Positions 36,901 through 41,705 of a DNA stretch of 41,705 bases are shown piece after piece. Source of the DNA: Jimgerdemannia flammicorona (Eukaryota); the NCBI GenBank assembly GCA_003990765.1, contig RBNJ01000102.1:1-41705 (forward strand). The letters are read 5' to 3'. The position numbers were made by a program, and so were the translations under genes. Positions within the stretch are counted from its first letter, which is position 1. Each line of letters begins with the position of its first letter. Under the pieces are notes generated by a model that made no database searches, was not told the origin of the DNA, and was given only the letters and a program-made list of their open reading frames with translations.

Positions 36901-37946
36901 TCAGCTTGGCTTTTCATGGCAGTTTCCATCTGCTTTTCCACTGAGTTCTTCTTGGGTCTTCCTGGTGGTCTCTTGTAGGGCTCTTTGCAAGCATTCTTCT
37001 TAGTAGTCTGAGCAGGATAGGCCTCCTATTCTTCTTCATCAGAATCTCCAATCTCCTCAAAGGTAATTGTATTAGCCTGCTCCTTGTTTCGTATAGCATT
37101 GCTTGGTTGAGCCTTGTGCTTGGTTTCGCTCATGCATTCATAGGAGTAGTGGCCTTCTTCTCCACAAGTATAGCAGGTACCTTTCTTCTTATCTGAGGTA
37201 GCAGCAAACTTCTGAACAGGGCAGCAGTCTCTTTCTCGAATTTCCTTTACCATGTCTCCCAGGTGGGCAGTCATTTTGGCAAACCTTTTGGCGAGTTCCT
37301 CCATAGGGTCACTGTTCTTTTGCTGCTCTGTAGCTTTTGGCTGAGGTGTGTTTCAATTGATCATTGTGGTAGGGATCACACTAGTTGCCTTGGGTGCCTC
37401 AATTCTGACTCCTGTGACCCTTTCCATTGTATGGTCTTATGGATGTCTGGCTATCCAGTATCACTGAGCATAGGTGACCTTCTGTGGCAGATCCAGAATT
37501 ACTGGTGATGAGCGGATGGCCATGGCTATTTCTGAGTAGACTCCTTTCATAAAGGTTGTCTTGGCTACTTGATCTCGGATAGCAGCAGCATAATCTGCCA
37601 GGATTATCTGATATGGAATTCTGGTATAGAATGTGTTTGGATCCTCACTCATTTCTTGGCATGTTGTATTGAGCTGATCCTTCAGAGCTTGCTTGATCTT
37701 GTCTGTATAATATGTATTTCAGAGCCAGGTCTTCTGTGCTGTCAGTATAGCATCAGCATCATTTCCTGCATAGGTTGCAGCTGTGAATGCTGCTCTGGCA
37801 GGGCCTCATAGGCTAAAGGGCATGAGGGCTACTTGCTGTGCTGCTGTCAGGGTCCTTACAGCAGCATACTGCTTGAAATCATCAATGAAGGTAATGATCA
37901 ATTCATCTGAGGTATATCCATGGAATACTGGTGGTCTCATATCCAT
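33950..37946 (-). pseudogene. Gypsy-B gag-pol (gag, CCHC, protease, dUTPase, RT, RNase H), disrupted
   Basis: MRPPVFHG (gag); CYTCGEEGHYSYEC; AIIDTGA; SPWSSPFVL, RLCINYRKLN and YIND (a decayed YIDD); ECLAVIWAIEKF and TDHSALIW. Confidence 0.93.
35468..35860 (-). other. dUTPase domain within the Gypsy-B polyprotein
   Basis: AAGMDI, TRSSLA, GGVIDSDYTREI, DRLAQML and RGKKVFGSTG. Confidence 0.93.
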
Positions 37947-38042
37947 CTTGTCTGGATATTGGGGCTCAGTTTGTATGGTCATTTGGGTGGTGGCAGTTGT
38001 TCATTGTTTAGCTTGAAAGTGTGGAATTTGTCTTGAATCACC

Positions 38043-38057
38043 AGCCAATAGACACCA
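38043..38057 (-). promoter_or_regulatory. Putative PBS of Gypsy-B (tRNA not identified)
   Basis: TGGTGTCTATTGGCT starts 3 nt downstream of the 5' LTR on the minus strand. Confidence 0.45.
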
Positions 38058-38060
38058 AGT

Positions 38061-38527
38061 TGTAATATAGTGGACACTTACTCTTGAAAGTACATCAGAT
38101 TTCTGTATCTTGAAAACTTGACTGTTCTGACTCTCGCAGAGTCTCTTGAAGTTGCAGGGGAGGGTGGGTAAGTTTGAGGTATATCTGCCTGCAGGCTTAC
38201 TAGTTCCTTTGTTATCTCTTTGCTTTGAACTATTTCGATCTGAGGTTTATTCACTCGAAGATACTGGGTTATTTATACAAGTTTGCTAGCTATAAGATGG
38301 TTACTGGGTTACGTGGCTAAGTTATGAGTTATTTAACACTTTGCAAAATGTTTTGCCAGTTGCGAAATACTATACTATATCGGGGAGCTCGATCTTGCAC
38401 TTTGCGAAATATTTAGCAAGTTGTAAAATCGAGAACTATTAACTATGTGGCTATACTACTTTGGGACTGGGTGCGATCAAGTGTCTATTCTCTATTTCCT
38501 TCTTCTGAATCTGGCTATACCATCACA
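38061..38527 (-). repeat. 5' LTR of Gypsy-B
   Basis: Colinear with 25158-25185 plus 31838-32276; TG...CA termini. Confidence 0.95.
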
Positions 38528-39600
38528 ATATATATATATTTATTTATCACCATAGGCCATCATTTTGCTGATTAAAAAGAGATTCTTTTTTATCTTCAAA
38601 GTATATAATATGTCCTAAAAATTATCAGCAGTCTCTATAATATTTTTACAGAGATATATACTGATATTTTCTCTTTCCTGAGTATATATAACATTGTTAT
38701 CATCTAATTTAATTAGTATCAGATGCTTGAAGAACTTATAGATAGAGAACTATTCTTAGTGAGCTATTATATTTTATATAGCCTCTGAATCCATAAGCTA
38801 TATATTATTATCATCAGCTATATTAGTATATACTTCACTTATATTATTGCTTTTTGCTGGCTCAAAAGTATATGACTTAGATGTAGATATAGATAATATC
38901 TTCTCTAAATACTCAGCATATATTACTTATATGTAGAATATGCCTTTACTCTAGTTTTTATTAGTTTTGGTAGTATTTGTATTATATTACTATTATATTT
39001 CTTTCTACTGCTCTTATGTTACTAATACTGACTTTTATGCTTATTTTCATCATTTTCTTATCCTTATAATAGCTGACATTCTATATATATCTATACTTAT
39101 CATAGTAATGACAGTTTCTAACAAACTTAGTAGACTTATATTTCTGATCTTATTGGTATTTCTTATCTCATCTGTATGACTCATAAAATATTTTCTCATC
39201 ATTATTATTGCTACTATTTTCTTGATATATCTCTTCATTAATGAGGCTTATTGTTATATGAGTATAGTTTACAAGTTTTCTGCTCTCATATATAGCTATT
39301 ACTGTAATATTATATATCTTAGAGAGGTCTCTTATAAGGATCAGAACCTTGTCTTCATTATTAATACACTCTACTGGCATACTTAGAGAATTCACTCAAT
39401 TCATCAAATCATTAATATAATTGATATATTTATAAATACTTTTCTTGGGTTTCCTTTATAGATTGAATAATTAAGATTTTAGATAGAATCAATTTGATGG
39501 GAATACTTATACATAATAATTATATAGAGTCTCTCATATATTGTAGACTATTGTAGTATACATTATAAGCTTCGTTTACTGATTTAATAATATAAAAATA
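38528..39600 (-). pseudogene. Old Copia segment 1: gag and protease (boundary uncertain)
   Basis: *LMDSEA at about 38780-38800 is a decayed WLMDSGA. Position and strand continue from 25157 across Gypsy-B. Confidence 0.65.
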
Positions 39601-39999
39601 ATCTCTTATAATACTTTTTTTTTTTTTTTTTTTTTTATAGTCACTTGGACTCATCCTTTATTACACCCATCTATTCTATATAAATACAATGAGCCCACCC
39701 CCTATCCAATCCCCCTAGGGGGGCCCCTCCCTATCTCTTATAATACTCAATTATTTACAATATCATAATCTTGATTCTATACTTATAGTTTTATATACTC
39801 TATTATGCTATACTCTTTTAGAGAATAGATCAATATTTGGTATATCTCTTACTTAGAAGTCAGATCATAGAGGACTCACCTACCAATACTCTGAGTATTC
39901 ACAGATGTTCATATCTTAAGGTGGATTAATACAAAATTATTGATATATGTATTCTATTTCCAGCATTCTAGCTCTCTTATTACATCCAGCTAATATAAT

Positions 40000-41705
40000 A
40001 TAAAGATGACTCACTATTACTTAATACTAATTCTGAGACTGCTGGAGTGACTAGTCTACCTTCTGATATTGCTACTATTATTTCTAGAGCTCTCAAAGAA
40101 TCTGAAGATACTGGAATAGATACTGAAATAGATACTGAGATAGATCTTGAGATAGATAGAAATATTTCAATTAGTCAGTCTTTTGAAAAAACACTAGTAT
40201 ATTTTAGTGATAACTCTAAGTCTGAATCTGGACTATTATTTGATGAAGAGAAGAGTAATGTTGATAGCAATCAGAGTGATAACTCAGCTGAAATCTACAA
40301 TAATCTGATGTAACTTTCTGAGTTACTTTAGTTTGGTAATATTCTTTCTCACTCTAATACTAGATATATATATAATGTTCAAGGAGAAGACCAAACTTTA
40401 CAATAATCTATATTATTCTTGGGCTAGTAAGAATGAACTTTGGCTATCAAATTTCTTATTCTTCAAAGTAAAAATATCACTTAGAGTAGCTGATGAACTT
40501 ATGAATACTATCAGAAAACATTATATAACTATAGAAGATCTGGATATTTTGAACTCAAGATAGATATTAGCAAAAGCAGATAAAGTAACTTATATATCAG
40601 TAAGTAATATAGTTTTATTTAAAAACTATATATTTTAGTAGTAAATTATAGATTTTTGATTTAATTAATATATTAATCATTATTTTTATAGTAATTCTTC
40701 AACAAAAGATTACACTCTATCAAAATTATAAAATATGGACTATAGAGTATATTCTTTATTACAGAAGTCCTCTAGAGATTATTCAGACTCTCTTGTATAA
40801 TCCTCTTTTTAAAGATGATATAATTTATATATCTGAAAAAAGATTTTATTCAAATGGTTAACATTTATATTCTAAAATATATTAGAGTGAATATTGGTGA
40901 AAAACTCAGATAAGTGAATAAAATCTAAATATAAAAAAAACTTTATAATATATTTCTAATATATATATATATATTTTTAACTTAATAGGATACTTTACCA
41001 ATAAGTACTACTTTTGTTTCAATTCTCTTAGAAATTGATGAGACAAATATCAATGATATTGACAGAATATTAGTCCATTCTTTATATATCATTATTGACA
41101 ATCTATCCAAGAAGATTCAACATATATATAGTTAGTATATCTATATTCTAGTTATATACTTTCCAATACTAGATACTATTGGAATAGAAAGATATTGAAC
41201 AGCATTTATAAAGACTAAGAGATTTCTTTATTATTAATATATAAAGACAATTCTCTCAGAACTAAATAATACTTCTCAAAGATATTTATATTTATATTTA
41301 AATATTAAGTTTTGGATTATTATAATTAATTATATATTTTAAAAATATCTCTTATATTAATTATAGAGAAAGATTTTGGAAATACTCAGATGGACAAATA
41401 AGACACTGTTTTCTAGTTGTCTTTGGATTTCAAGTTGATTATCCAGAATTACAGATACTTATCTTAATAAGACAGAACAATATATATCCAATATATATAG
41501 CTGGAAAATCTGATTTTAGCAATCTCTCTCAAAAAGATATCAGATGAGGACATCTGAGCATACAATACAACTATACAAAGAAGCAAAGAATCTATATGAA
41601 ACTAGAGCAATTATAGATGCAGTTTCTTTAGTAATACGGTCTAATTTATGTAGAGATAATTTAATTTTATTATCTTATTATATAATTTTAATAATTATAA
41701 AAAAA
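40000..41705 (+). pseudogene. Decayed Plavaka-family transposase with introns; runs off the window
   Basis: NLYYSWASKNELWLSNFLF; YILYYRSPLEIIQTLLYNPLFKDDIIYISEKRF...LYSKIY*SEYW*KTQ; TLPISTTFVSILLEIDET...VHSLYIIIDNLSKKIQ. These follow the Plavaka pattern YRDPL..I..L..NP.F...GDWWW..Q...LP.GAT..PIIL.SDKT...HP.Y.TIGN. Confidence 0.8.

Larger units (their letters stand above)
25158..38527 (-). mobile_element. Full-length Ty3/Gypsy LTR retrotransposon B (dUTPase-bearing) with a 4-bp TSD (ATAT); 3' LTR interrupted by a hAT element
   Basis: The 5' LTR is 38061-38527 (467 bp). The 3' LTR is 25158-25185 plus 31838-32276 (467 bp). ATAT lies at 25154-25157 and 38528-38531. Confidence 0.93.

Noticed and set aside
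39711-39727. Overlapping palindromes ccccctaggggg and ggggcccc as a transposon end
   Set aside because: No partner TIR or TSD was found in the window.

Overview
Fungal genomic window; the host-gene sequence suggests Mucoromycota, which is an inference. The first 663 bp are the last two exons of a Num1/ApsA-like cortical dynein-anchor gene. The rest is a nested graveyard of transposable elements eroded by C-to-T and G-to-A changes. An old minus-strand Ty1/Copia (pieces at about 12090-14475, 24810-25157 and 38528-39600) was split by two full-length Ty3/Gypsy elements: A (14476-24809, plus) and B (25158-38527, minus). Each has a 4-bp ATAT target-site duplication (TSD). Both share the layout gag-PR-dUTPase-RT-RH | separate integrase ORF | an unknown ORF, with overlapping stop and start codons, and the two unknown ORFs look homologous. 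A 6.6-kb hAT DNA transposon (25186-31829, 8-bp TSD) sits inside the 3' LTR of B. It carries a BED-finger hAT transposase and, facing it, a spliced cargo gene for a 2OG-Fe(II) dioxygenase with TET/JBP-like motifs, which is the most interesting item here. Also present are a CpG-retaining solo LTR of family A, decayed Copia and Gypsy fragments, a possible DUF6532-like pseudogene and a decayed Plavaka transposase. All TE genes appear to be pseudogenes.
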